Source of the DNA: Octopus sinensis
Taxonomy: Eukaryota
Reading direction: 5' to 3'
NCBI RefSeq assembly: GCF_006345805.1
Contig: NC_043005.1
Span: 10,850,001 to 10,914,000 of the forward strand
Length of the DNA stretch: 64,000 nt
Made by a program: the position numbers and the translations under genes. The notes under the pieces are model-generated. The model saw nothing but the letters and a program-made list of their open reading frames with translations. It was not told the DNA's origin and searched no databases. This document shows positions 37,171 to 48,949 of the stretch, in pieces; within the stretch, counting starts at the first letter, position 1, and each line of letters begins with the position of its first letter.

Positions 37171-37407
37171 AAGGCGGCGAGCTGGCAGAAACGTTAGCAT
37201 GCCGGGGGAAATGCTTAGCGGTATTTCGTCTGCGTTACGTTGTGAGTTCAAATTCCGCCGAGGTCGACTTTGCCTTTCATCCTTTCGGGGTCGATAAATT
37301 AAGTACCAGTTACGAACTGGGGTCGATGTAATCGACTTTATACTTATGTCTGTCCTTGTTTGTTCCCTCTGTGTTTAGCCCCTTGTGGGTAATAAAGAAA
37401 TAGGTAT
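37171..37407 (+). mobile_element. SINE family B, full length
   Basis: AAGGCGGCGAGCTGGCAGAAACGTTAGC head, B box GAGTTCAAATTCC. Confidence 0.92.
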
Positions 37408-38999
37408 TTAGTGATAGACCATTTCATTCTCATTTCAAATCTTGCCATGGACATTTTTACTTTTCATCCATCCAGGGTCAATGAAGTAAAATTGTGGTAT
37501 TGATTTAATCAAGTGTTTCGCAGGCTTGTTCAAACAACAGACTACGACTGAGAATCCTAAAAGGATATCTGTTGTGCTTTGCGCACATTAACAACAGATG
37601 ACAGTATAAATCCAGTGGCATTAGTTTTCTTGTAATATCAGCTATAGCAGACATTAACTTTGATAGGCATAACGGTGGATCACTGCTGCACAAAACCTAT
37701 AATTAATGGTGATATACGGCATTTCTGTTGGCAGAACAGGGTGCAATTTCAGAAGGATTTGGCTGTTATTTCATTCATTATGTTCTCGGTTGGTCAGTTG
37801 GTCAAACGGTCTGTTCTTTTAATTTGATTCATAAATTGGAACAATGTGTTGGTGTCTGCTTGTTTTGTTTGTTTGTTCGTTTTTGATGTTTTTGTGTTTT
37901 TTGTTAGTTTCTTTTTTTGTTTTTGTTGTTTTCCTTTTAACTAGCCATTGTCTCAATACAGAAGCATGCATTATGTATTCTTGCGTTTATTGCGCTGTTC
38001 AAAGTTACATCTCAGTTGAATTTAGCAATTTATTTTGCCCCACACCCCAATTTTTTTTTTCTAATCTCTCCTTTTCTCCCTAAACTTTACTTCTGGTATA
38101 TAATACACTGGCTTCCATGTTTTGTGCAGTAGTAACTAACATTTCATTCAGAACAACCAGTTTAGCATTAAATAAATTTTCCCAAGTAAACAGCTAAATA
38201 AACAGCAACTGTGTATAAAATGTATGTATGTGTTCATGTGTATATGTGTGTTGTTTGGAAGCACAAAAAGTTGTACCATTTTCATCAAGTTCTAACCATT
38301 TTATAAATTTATATGTGTTTATATATATATACACATATGCGCGCGTGTGTATGTATGTCTGTGTATATATATTGTGTGTATATAATTTACTTTGAGTGTT
38401 GAGATTCTTGCATTTAACATTAATGTAGTTAGAAGGCCCCTTAAATTGTCTAGTCTGAACATTCTAAATATATTAGTATATATGTGTATATTTGACAATA
38501 CTAAAACAATGTTAAAACTATATCAAATAATCTGGAAGAAAATATAAGAGATTTTCAAATGTCTTCGATATTTTTCTTCTTTAAACAACTATTTAAACTA
38601 CAAGTGTGATTAAAGTTTAGTGTCATAGTAATGATAATGATGATGATCATAATAATAATTATAATTATAATAAACAATTGTAAATAGATATATAATTAGT
38701 TAATATAATTCTCTTGCTGAAACTAGCTGCAATATTTTCAAAATTATTTACCCTAGTAATTATATTTTCACTTATTAGTTATGTAACACATATTTGTGTA
38801 TGTGTGGGTGTGTGTGTATCCATGTACACACAGACACAAACATGCACTTTTTTTTTTTTGCGTCTTAGCATGTAGTAATATTTTCTAAAATATGTTCCTA
38901 AACTTAAATTTTTAGAGAAAGACCTCTTTAAAATGAAAGGTTACTGTTTGTTAAAAAAAAAAAGTGTGTTGTGTGTGTGTAGTTATGTAAAATTATATA

Positions 39000-39191
39000 T
39001 TCCTTTATACATAGACATCTGCAGATACACATATACATTCTATTATTCATATAGGCTTATATTTACATCTTTATATGTATATCTGCAGTTATACATACAT
39101 ATATATATATGTGTATATATGTATTATATATATGTACATTTATGTATGTGCATGCCGGTGTGTGTGCATATATGTATTTTATTTATATATA

Positions 39192-39235
<44 letters not shown>

Positions 39236-39887
39236 TGTACACATACATACACACACACATTCACACACACATGCATATGCATAGTTACATGCATATCTGT
39301 ACACAAACACAAATATTCACATGAGATTTTAAGCTAAGTTGTAGTTACAGTGTGTTTGCATACATTTTAAATATAAGGTAGTATTTATAACCTTCATATC
39401 CATTAATAAATAGGCCTCCTCTCAGCCAACTCCTCCTATAAACATGTAATTTAATGTGAGTCCCACACTGTATGTATTTAATTAATTCTAAGTATATTTC
39501 ATATTGCTAACTTAAACTTGCTTTTGAAACTAGGTTTCTTCTGTCTCATAAATTCTGCTGTTTACTATGTTTATAGCTGTACTATTTGAGTGTACTTCTT
39601 GCCCCGCTTGCTGCGTTGTTGCGCGGCTATGGGTTGCAGCTGGTATCTTCCTAGCTAGCGCTCTGCTCTGCCAAACACGGAAGACCATCGCAGCGGTCTT
39701 CTTGCTGTTGCTGCTGCTACTATAAATATTTTAAAAACATGTTGCATTAGTTGCCCAGTGTCTAGACTGCTACGAAATAGTGTAATCTCTTTTTTTTTTT
39801 TTTTTATTGACATAAAGGTCAGCTCAATAGATTTAAATGCTAACAAGTGACACAAAAAATATATATATACACACATGTATGTATGTG

Positions 39888-39920
<33 letters not shown>

Positions 39921-40380
39921 GTGTGTGCATATATATGTACATATATATATATATATGTATATATATATATTGAGCTCAAAAGAAGAAAAGAACTGATGCA
40001 CCATTTTTTGTGTTTATTGGGTCAATACACTTTGGTAGGTATTTTGGTTCACTGCCAGTTTTACATAGTGACTTTAAAAAAAAGAAAACAAATCGACCAA
40101 ATAATTTTACTTTATTTTAACACTCTTTTCCTTTTCTTTAATGACGCAACTTTTGACAATTTTGTTTTCAAAATTATAGTTTAATTTATTTTGAGTCTTC
40201 ATTTTATATATAATTACACACATATATGTATATAACATTCGTATAAACATATATATATATGTTTATATATGTATATATATATATTTTCACACATACATGT
40301 GTATGGATACATAATATATATACACATACATGTGTCTGTATATGTGCATATATGTGCGATTAAGAGTGTATATATGTGTA

Positions 40381-40415
<35 letters not shown>

Positions 40416-40458
40416 GCATATGCTCATATACATATACACCACATATATACATATGTGA

Positions 40459-40504
<46 letters not shown>

Positions 40505-40535
40505 CTGTATGTATATATATATATATATATATATG
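39000..40535. repeat. Cluster of compound TA/TG/CA microsatellites surrounding a unique GC-rich island (39540-39790)
   Basis: Dinucleotide fields at ~39000-39300, 39860-39970 and 40200-40535. Confidence 0.85.
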
Positions 40536-41796
40536 ACATTTTAGTTTTTCCTTACTCTATTTCTGTCTTTGTTTTCATTTCTTATAACTATTTTCCTTTT
40601 CTTCTATTAAAACTTTTTTCTTTTGTTTTTCTTTTTAGTTTCAAAGATTTTTTTTTTTTTGCAAACTATTTTCTCAATTTTTTTTTTTGGTTCTTTTTCC
40701 TTCATTTTTTCCTTTTGTTTTTTTATCAACAGACAAGAATGACGATGTCACTTGAAATTTAATTGTTATAATTTTTTGACTCCTTTCTATTTAATTTTAT
40801 TTATTATTTTTGACGAATTAAGGAAAAGTCATAATCTACTGATATATAATAAATATTACTTCTTAAAAAGGGTGGGACACAAAATTTTTTCTTTTTTTTA
40901 ACTTTTAATTATTTATAATTATTTTTTCCATTCCAGTACACACATGCAAGTGTTTTCAGTTGTCTGTATTTTGTTTAATAATTGATGCAAATGTTAATAT
41001 TTAATTACTAATTAAAGTATTAAGCAAGCACAAGATGTCACCCAAATCAAAACTTAAGTGAATAAGAAAGTAAATCCAGTAAGATAAAGGAAAAAGTTTG
41101 TATAAGTACACTCAAATGTAACTGCAATGCACCCTTTCAGTTCCAATGCACTTGTGCCCACTTTATACATTTTGAGTCTACTTTCTTACTAGTACACCAA
41201 AATATTATTTTAAATAATGTTAATTGCAAATAACAATTAAGACAAGCAAATGCCTGAAAAACCACTTTTTAAATTAAAAAAGAACCTTTTAATCTACTAT
41301 TGTTTTTCTCACATATCTCATAAAGTTTCATCAACAGTTGCCATTACAGATGGCTTCCTTATCTTCATATATATTCATATATATGTATGTATATATTTAT
41401 ATATATATATATAATATATTATATATGTTTTCATTCTAGTAGGTATTTTCATACTTTATTTATTATTTTTTTTATTTGATGTCTTGGGTGTAGAGCGGAA
41501 TATTTAGCTAAACTGAGAGGGTTAGCTTTTCAAGTAGGAGACATATTCCAAATTGCAAAATCTTTCGCATCTTCTTAAAAGAAATGACTATTTCAAAGCT
41601 GAACTAATATTTCTTTTGCATCTGTTCAAGACAACAACAATAATTCAAAGTATGTGTGTATATATTTATGTATACAAAGATGACAGAGATAGTTTCAAAC
41701 ATTAAAAGTAGCCTTTTTCATAAAGTATGATAGTCTCTATCAAAAGAAGACAAAGTAAATAAAATAAAAGTAAAAATGCTGCTTTGTTTAGACTAT

Positions 41797-41842
<46 letters not shown>

Positions 41843-42136
41843 CAACAACAACGTATGCAAATGAATTTTGTATTGACTAGGATATACTGTTTTATTTTAT
41901 TTTCATCTCTTTCCAAATATTAGTTAAAATAAATCTCAAATAAATAGTGGACTAAATTCAAGAATAAGGCTGTGTTAGCATTCTTGGAAGAGCAGTGTTG
42001 TTTGATGTGAATATTCATCCTGTATGGTTAAGCTGTTTAATCCATATAAGAAGTACCAAATCATCTCCAAGTTATATTTCCTTTGCCCCACTATGAGATG
42101 CTTGTGTCCAATATCATAATTACATAAGTATATATA

Positions 42137-42167
<31 letters not shown>

Positions 42168-43944
42168 ATTTATATATGTAATAATGGCCACAATTCACGG
42201 TTAAGTAGAATATCCAAGATACGTGAGTTAGGTAAAAGTAAAAATGGAGCAGTGTGTGTGTCTATGTGTGTGTCTTTTGATTGATTAGTTGCTTTCTGAA
42301 AGGAACATTCAAATCCCCATTACCTCTGTGTACAAGAAATACTGAATTATATTATGTATGTGTATGTGTGGGTATGTACCATCGTGTACTATGATAAGTG
42401 TGTGAATGTACAATTTCTGTTCTTGTGTAACACATCCCAGAAGACTCACAGTATTTCTCTATTCTTTGTTTAGTCATATTTTTCCTCTTGTACAGAAAGA
42501 AACCTTTCTCAAGGTTTCGCTATAGAAATTATCCTGTAGAGTCTGGTAAAGAACATTGTCATGATTTTTTATAATTATTACACTTTATTAAAATGCTAAT
42601 ATCTTAGTTGAGTGTTTACCATCAGAAGAAGCTGGATAAAGTGGCATTCATTCAATTATATATAACTCTCTATATTGCACTTATCCAGCAGAGTGAGGAA
42701 AAAATATATTTTTCTCCTTTTGATGAAAGTAGAAAAGGATAAAAAGCAAAACGTGGTACATTTTATATTTTATTTTCACTGAGATGTCACTTGTTCCTTT
42801 GTTTTTTATTAGAACAGCCATTGATAGTTTATTATTACTTTGATGAAACAAAATCTTGCATAATAATTATGTGATTAAAAAAATGAAGGTATAAATATAT
42901 AAAATCTCACAGTAGTTGAGAGAAATTCAAAACATTCCCATGGAAACATTAAATTGTAGTTTTGAAGAATCAGATAACATTGAATGAAATATTGTTAAAA
43001 TATTATGAAGACATGTTTCATCAATGTATCTTTTTATATTCATTCATTGATTGATTCATTATTATTATCATTTTACTTTAATTATTATCATTATTTAGAA
43101 GAATGCATCTATGATTTTCCACAGCATCTACTAATGTTCAATTTAAAAAACATGTTTTAAATTATTATTATTATTAACTAGCTAAAGAAGTTCATTGTAA
43201 ATGAATGATATCTTTAACTGTAAATGAAATTGGAGGAGAAAATGAAGAATTGTACATATAAACTATCATTGTATCTAAAGTGTATAGTGTTGCTGTATTG
43301 TACCTGAGCAATTTTGCTATTATCAATTATTTTATTGTAATAGCTCAGCATTAGCAATAGTTAGTTTTATTAAATTTGTCTAATTTCATTTCCAATATCT
43401 GCAGTTTGTTTAGAATTAATCAAATTTTAGCGTAAAATATAAATTAATAAAAGTTTTAAGAGACTAGTAGTAGTTTGAATATTTGGTAGGTAAGCCAAGA
43501 TGGATGATGCACAAATGTCTAAATTATCTTAAAAGAATTCAAGAATGGCTCTCCATACCTTGAACAAATTGCTCTTTACTGTGCAATAAAATTAAATGTA
43601 AATCAGCTATAAATTATCTTCATAAATAAAATAAGTTTTCGTGGTGGACTTAATTGCTTTGTGTATTTTCTTCTTTAAGGAGCTGCAACCAAGATGTGCT
43701 AGGATTTTCTTTATTAGTTTGTGAGGTCCTTAATTTCACATTGTACGTTTCTGCCAATGGCATCAGTGTAGTTCAGTGGTTTTATCCTCTTTTAGGGTGC
43801 AGAATTCTCCAAATTATAACATCTGATGTGACTTGTTGTTTCAGTATGAAAGCAGTGTCCATCATTAATTTCCTTAGATTGTTTTTCTTATACTGTAATA
43901 TTAATATTATCATTATTATTACTCATTTCATTCAAATTTACATT

Positions 43945-44085
43945 CTGAGTTCAAATTCTGTTGAGGTTGACTTTGCCTTTCATACTTTCAGGGCCAATAA
44001 AATAAGTAGCAGTTGAGGACTGGGGTTAATGTAATCAACTTACCCTCCACCCTAAAATTGCTGGCCTTGTGCCAAAATTTGAAAT
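43945..44085 (+). mobile_element. Degenerate SINE family B-related fragment
   Basis: gagttcaaattctgttgaggttgactttgcctttcat..aaaataagta..ctggggttaatgtaatc. Confidence 0.7.
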
Positions 44086-44453
44086 TGTTATTATTTTCTT
44101 ATTTTATGTACTATATTTTTTGATGGACAAATCAACTCAAGGCCTTGTTAGTAAAATAGGATAAATGGAAACCCTGTGGATGCCCTTTATGGCAGATTTA
44201 TCCCATTGCCTGGTTTACACCACCAGATAGCCATTGGGTGCCTTTAGCTGAGAGATGATAAATAAATGCTTGATATCAGATTTATCCAACAACCTTCATC
44301 TGCAATGGCCTCCAAAAGTTGGCTGTCCTTTAGTTCCTCATACATCAGTGCTATTTCAGTTTTCATGTAAATAATTTAAGCTTTTTAATTCCACAGAGGC
44401 CTTCTAGTCCATTAGAAGCCATACTATTGCTATAGTAACAGTTTTTATATACA

Positions 44454-44790
44454 TCATCATCATCATCATTTAGCGTCCGTTTTCCATGCTAGCATGGGCT
44501 GGACGGTTCAACTGGGGTCTGTGAAGCCGGAAGGCTGCATCAGGCCCAGTCAGATCTGGCAGTGTTTCTACGGCTGGATGCCCTTCCTAACGCCAACCAC
44601 TCCGTGAGGGTGCTTTTTACGTGCCACCCGCAGCTGGCAAACGGCCACGAACGGATGGTGCTTTTACGTGCTACCAGCACGGGGGCCAGGTGAGGCTGGC
44701 AACGGACACAAACGGAGGGTGCTTTTACGTGCCACCGGCACGGGGGCCAGGCGAGGCTGGCAACGGACGCGAGCGGATGGTGCTTCTACA
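44454..44790 (-). mobile_element. SINE family D with short internal tandem units
   Basis: (CAT)n tail, family D core, repeated GGTGCTTTTACGTG units. Confidence 0.88.
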
Positions 44791-46317
44791 ATATTATTAT
44801 AATGCTAGTAATGATGTTGATGATAATATGAAGATGGTCTAAATACTCTTACTCAACACCACAACTATTCAAATATATCTACTGTATTTACTAAGTACAG
44901 GACTAAAATCTAACTGAGATGAGTGATTAAGTTGAAGACTTTGGGCAGGTGAAAAAAGCTTATTAAGTGTTCTTTTGAAAATTTCTACAGTAATAATAAT
45001 ATGTGGGGAAATCCTTTAGTGTATAAGAATATTTAATGCAAATATAGGGGCTCTAGTCTGAGGATAACTTTCCCTCTTTCTCCCACTAATGTTGGGGTTA
45101 CTGCATGAATGTCTTGGAATCTGCCTTTCTATGGCAGAAAAAGACATAAGGGAAAATAATGAACAAATAAAAGTAGATGAGTAAATAGTTTGTTGATCTC
45201 TATGTGGATAAAGTCAGTTCTGCTGCTGAATTATCTTGGTATAAAAACTATTATGAGGCAGACTTTGTAACTAACAAGTGAAATTCATCACCGAATATAG
45301 GAAAACTCATCACATCTCTTTAGGGAACAGTTAATATGCATAAATGATTAAAATTGATAAGTGATGTCTTAATAATTAAGAAGAGTACAGTAAATGTAGT
45401 TTCTTATTACATCAAGCTTTTACTTTTTTTTCCTATTATCAAAGATGTTTTTTTTATTCTTTTATATCTTTGAATATATGTATTTATAGAAATACTGAAT
45501 CTGGATATTTACAAGATAATTATCTTTCGACACTTTAAAAAGATAAACTTTCTGTGTTTATTAAAACTGTTTAGTAAAATTATGACATAATTACGAGACT
45601 GAAATAAAAATTGAAAATAATAAACTTTTTTTTAGAAGTCTTGATATTTAGATAATAGACAACTTCTAGTATATTTATTTACATCTAGCTGCAGTTTCCT
45701 TTTTCTTCTCTCTCATTTCTTTTTCCCTCTCTTTTATCCTCTTCTTTTTTTTTTTCAACTTTCTCTCTTACATATACACAAATCCTTAGATAGCTTGGCT
45801 TAATGTCTTTTGTTTCCTTTTAATATTTGGAGCATCTATCTAGCTTAGCTGAATGAAATAATTATAGTAATCCATATAAGATTTATTATGATTTAAATAA
45901 TGATAGTATGATTTTTTAGTTCCATTTGTGCTGTGTATAAACCTGTGTATAGACAGGGAAATAGTTTGGAATTATCTGGCTCTTTGGTGTTCATCTTCGC
46001 TGTAAATGTTGATGACTTGTGTGTGGATTAGCCACACATTCAGTTGCTGAACATTTAATATGTGACTACACTAAACAAGTATTGTCGACATTTTCTCTTG
46101 GTTGATAATCTTGATTATTTAGCTTCTCAGCTGGCACCAAAGTTTAGTGTACTCTCGTCAATAGAAAGATGCTGTGGACTTGTGTAATTTCCCAATAATT
46201 CATAGTTATGTCATAATATTTGTCTTTTCAACAGCAAAATCATTTTCTTTAAAAAATTTCCATTATCTAATCATTATTATTTTTTTTTATTTTTTTATTT
46301 TACATTCTTTGTTATAG

Positions 46318-46602
46318 TCCCCCAACAGCCGAAAAATCTCCAGGCTCTTGCAGAGTCTGCAAATACTGTACATGTGACTTGGGATCGACCAGATGCAATG
46401 GATAATATCGAGAGCTACGAGCTATATTATAACGATTCCCACTACCGCCAGAATGTTCACATAAGTATTAAACCGCCTGTAGTAAGTTACCGTTTAGTTG
46501 ATCTTACACCCGATACAGTATACCACGTTCAAGTATCAGCAAAATCCTTACGTGGAGAAGGAGCACGTACCCCAACAATTCAAGTTAGAACACCTCAGTT
46601 CG
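46318..46602 (+). CDS. Lar: LAR-family RPTP exon, FN3 repeat 3 (symmetrical phase 1-1, 285 nt)
   Basis: ttatag|TC acceptor, G|gtaagt donor; VPQQPKNLQALAESANTVHVTWDRPDAMDNIESYELYYNDSHYRQNVHISIKPPVVSYRLVDLTPDTVYHVQVSAKSLRGEGARTPTIQVRTPQF, like LAR FN3 (VPAQPADFQAEVES...LKPDTLYRFQLAARS). Confidence 0.96.
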
Positions 46603-47805
46603 GTAAGTTGCTTTCCATTTTCTTTATTCAAAATATTCAAAGACTGCTATTTTATGTATTTCTGTTAAAATTTTCCATTTCCTTCTCAGGTGTCTCGAAG
46701 ATTATCATTGAATCTCCTTGCTTTTCAGAGTTTATTTGCTGTATAAAACAAACGCCATTCCTGATAAACACATATAATCTATTTTGTTTTGCTTTTATTT
46801 CAGTTCTTTAACTAATGTCTCTCTACAGGTATTTGGTGATGGGGGTGGGAGAGATTTCCATTTTTTTTTTTGTTCCACCAAGTGCTATCAGCCATTTCAA
46901 AAGAGAAAGAAAGAAAAAATGCTATATTTTGTTTTGTTTTTTTGGAACAAAATATGGAGATATTGGATCATCCTTGTATTGTATTTGCAATTATAAATGT
47001 ATTAATAAGCAGAGGAAAAAAAAAAATTTGAAAAAAGAAAACAAAAAAGAAAAACAGATCAAATTTAAAACGTTTGAATGGTATTTATTTGGTAGAAATT
47101 AGGAATTAAATCATGTTCAAAATACGTAGAATATCAAACTAAATATAAACTATAATACTTAAAGCTTAGAATAACACTTATGAACATGGCTTGAAGAAAG
47201 AAAAGGCTTTCTTTGGAAAATCTTAGAATTATAGGAGGCTTTTAGGGTAGATATATAATTTATTTAAATAAATAGGGTTCTCAGTGTAATGAGAACTGAA
47301 CTAAATGTTTGCCCCAAAGTGTTTAACTGAAAGTATAGGTAATGAATTATTGATGTGTTTTGAAGGTATCTCATCTCATTAAGCCAGATTGACTAATTAC
47401 TACCAGAACTGTTAATAAATTTAAGAACTGATTTTTAAAAAAAATTGAATTATGTTTTCAAACCATACAGTTTGATTACTTGATGATATAGTCTCAGGGT
47501 AATAAAAGTGGTTTATTTTATTTATTTATTTTTACAAATACATTAATTTAATCAGATTGGTTATTTAAATATATATATTATAATAATAATAATGTTCAAA
47601 TCAGTTGTTTTACCCTCTTTTTGCCCTTGAATTTAAATACATATATTAAGATAATTTTGGCAAAAGTATGCCGTTTTCTATTATTCCAATTGGCTCTCTT
47701 TCGCCGTGGACTCAACTTAATACACACACACAAGAGAGAAATGAAATTATAATGCAAATGCCATATTGTCACATCCATTTCTTTGACCCTGACCCTCCAA
47801 ACCAG

Positions 47806-47808
47806 TTG
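47806..47808 (+). CDS. Candidate 3-nt microexon TTG in the FN3-FN4 linker (adds one Val)
   Basis: TTGAC/CTGAC branch motifs in a pyrimidine tract, accag acceptor, TTG|gtaaat donor. Confidence 0.3.
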
Positions 47809-48205
47809 GTAAATTTCAATATCAACTGTAATCCTCATTATCCGTCTTCTAAAAGACCGAATAAAACAATGCTTCTGTTTCATTAAATAGAAGCTTCTGT
47901 ATTTTTTTTTTTTTCCACCTCCAGAAATTCAGGGTCCATACCCCCTTTTGCACCTTCTGCTTTCATTCTCCATCATATACCCTTTTTATTTATCTTTTTT
48001 TTTTTTTTTGGTGCTCTTTGTTATTATTATTACCACCACTATACCGCCCATCACTATTATCATTTCTCAACCTCTGTATTTAGGTAGTTTTTCTATATTT
48101 ATCCTACTGCCTTTTATTTTATTTTATTTTATTTATCTTCACTTATTATTAGCTACAGTAGTAGAAGTAGTATCGTTATTATTTTACTCTTATTTTGCAA
48201 ATATT

Positions 48206-48241
<36 letters not shown>

Positions 48242-48252
48242 TATATATATAT

Positions 48253-48310
<58 letters not shown>

Positions 48311-48557
48311 GTATATTCACAGTATATATTTTTCACACACACATATCTTGCTTATGTATTCATTAATCTCCCAATCATTTTGTGATGTCATTGTTGCCTA
48401 ATTATTCTTTTTTTTTTTTTGTTACAATGGAAAAAGTTCATACAAGTTGAATTACATTTTCCTTGCCTCTGTTAAAAATTATATATATATATTAGTTCAT
48501 TAAAGTTTTCCAAACAATATTTCAAAGTTCATATTGTAACCTATTGTATAATCATCC

Positions 48558-48949
48558 GGGAGGTGCAATGGCCCGGTGGTTAGGGCAGCGGACTCGCGGT
48601 CGTAGGATCGCGCTTTCGATTCCCAGACCGGGCGTTGTGAGTGTTTATTGAGCGAAAACACCTAAAAAGCTCCACGAGGCTCCGGCAGAAGGTGGTGGCA
48701 ATCCCTGCTGTACTCTTTCACCACAACTTTCTCTCACTCTTACTTCCTGTTTCTGTTGTACCTGTATTTCAAAGGGCTGGCCTTGTCACTCTCTGTGTCA
48801 CGCTGAATATCCCCGAGAACTACGTTAAGGGTACACGTGTCTGTGGAGTGCTCAGCCACTTACACGTTAATTTCACAAGCAGGCTGTTCCGTTGATCGGA
48901 TCAACCGGAACCCTCATCGTCGTAACCGACGGAGTGCTTCCATCCATCC
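48558..48949 (+). mobile_element. SINE family C with 10-bp TSD
   Basis: Near identical to 12296-12667; TSD ATAATCATCC at 48548-48557 and 48950-48959. Confidence 0.92.

Noticed and set aside
43461-43495. Strong donor TAG|gtaagc
   Set aside because: No upstream acceptor gives a frame-preserving, stop-free exon and the pyrimidine tract is poor
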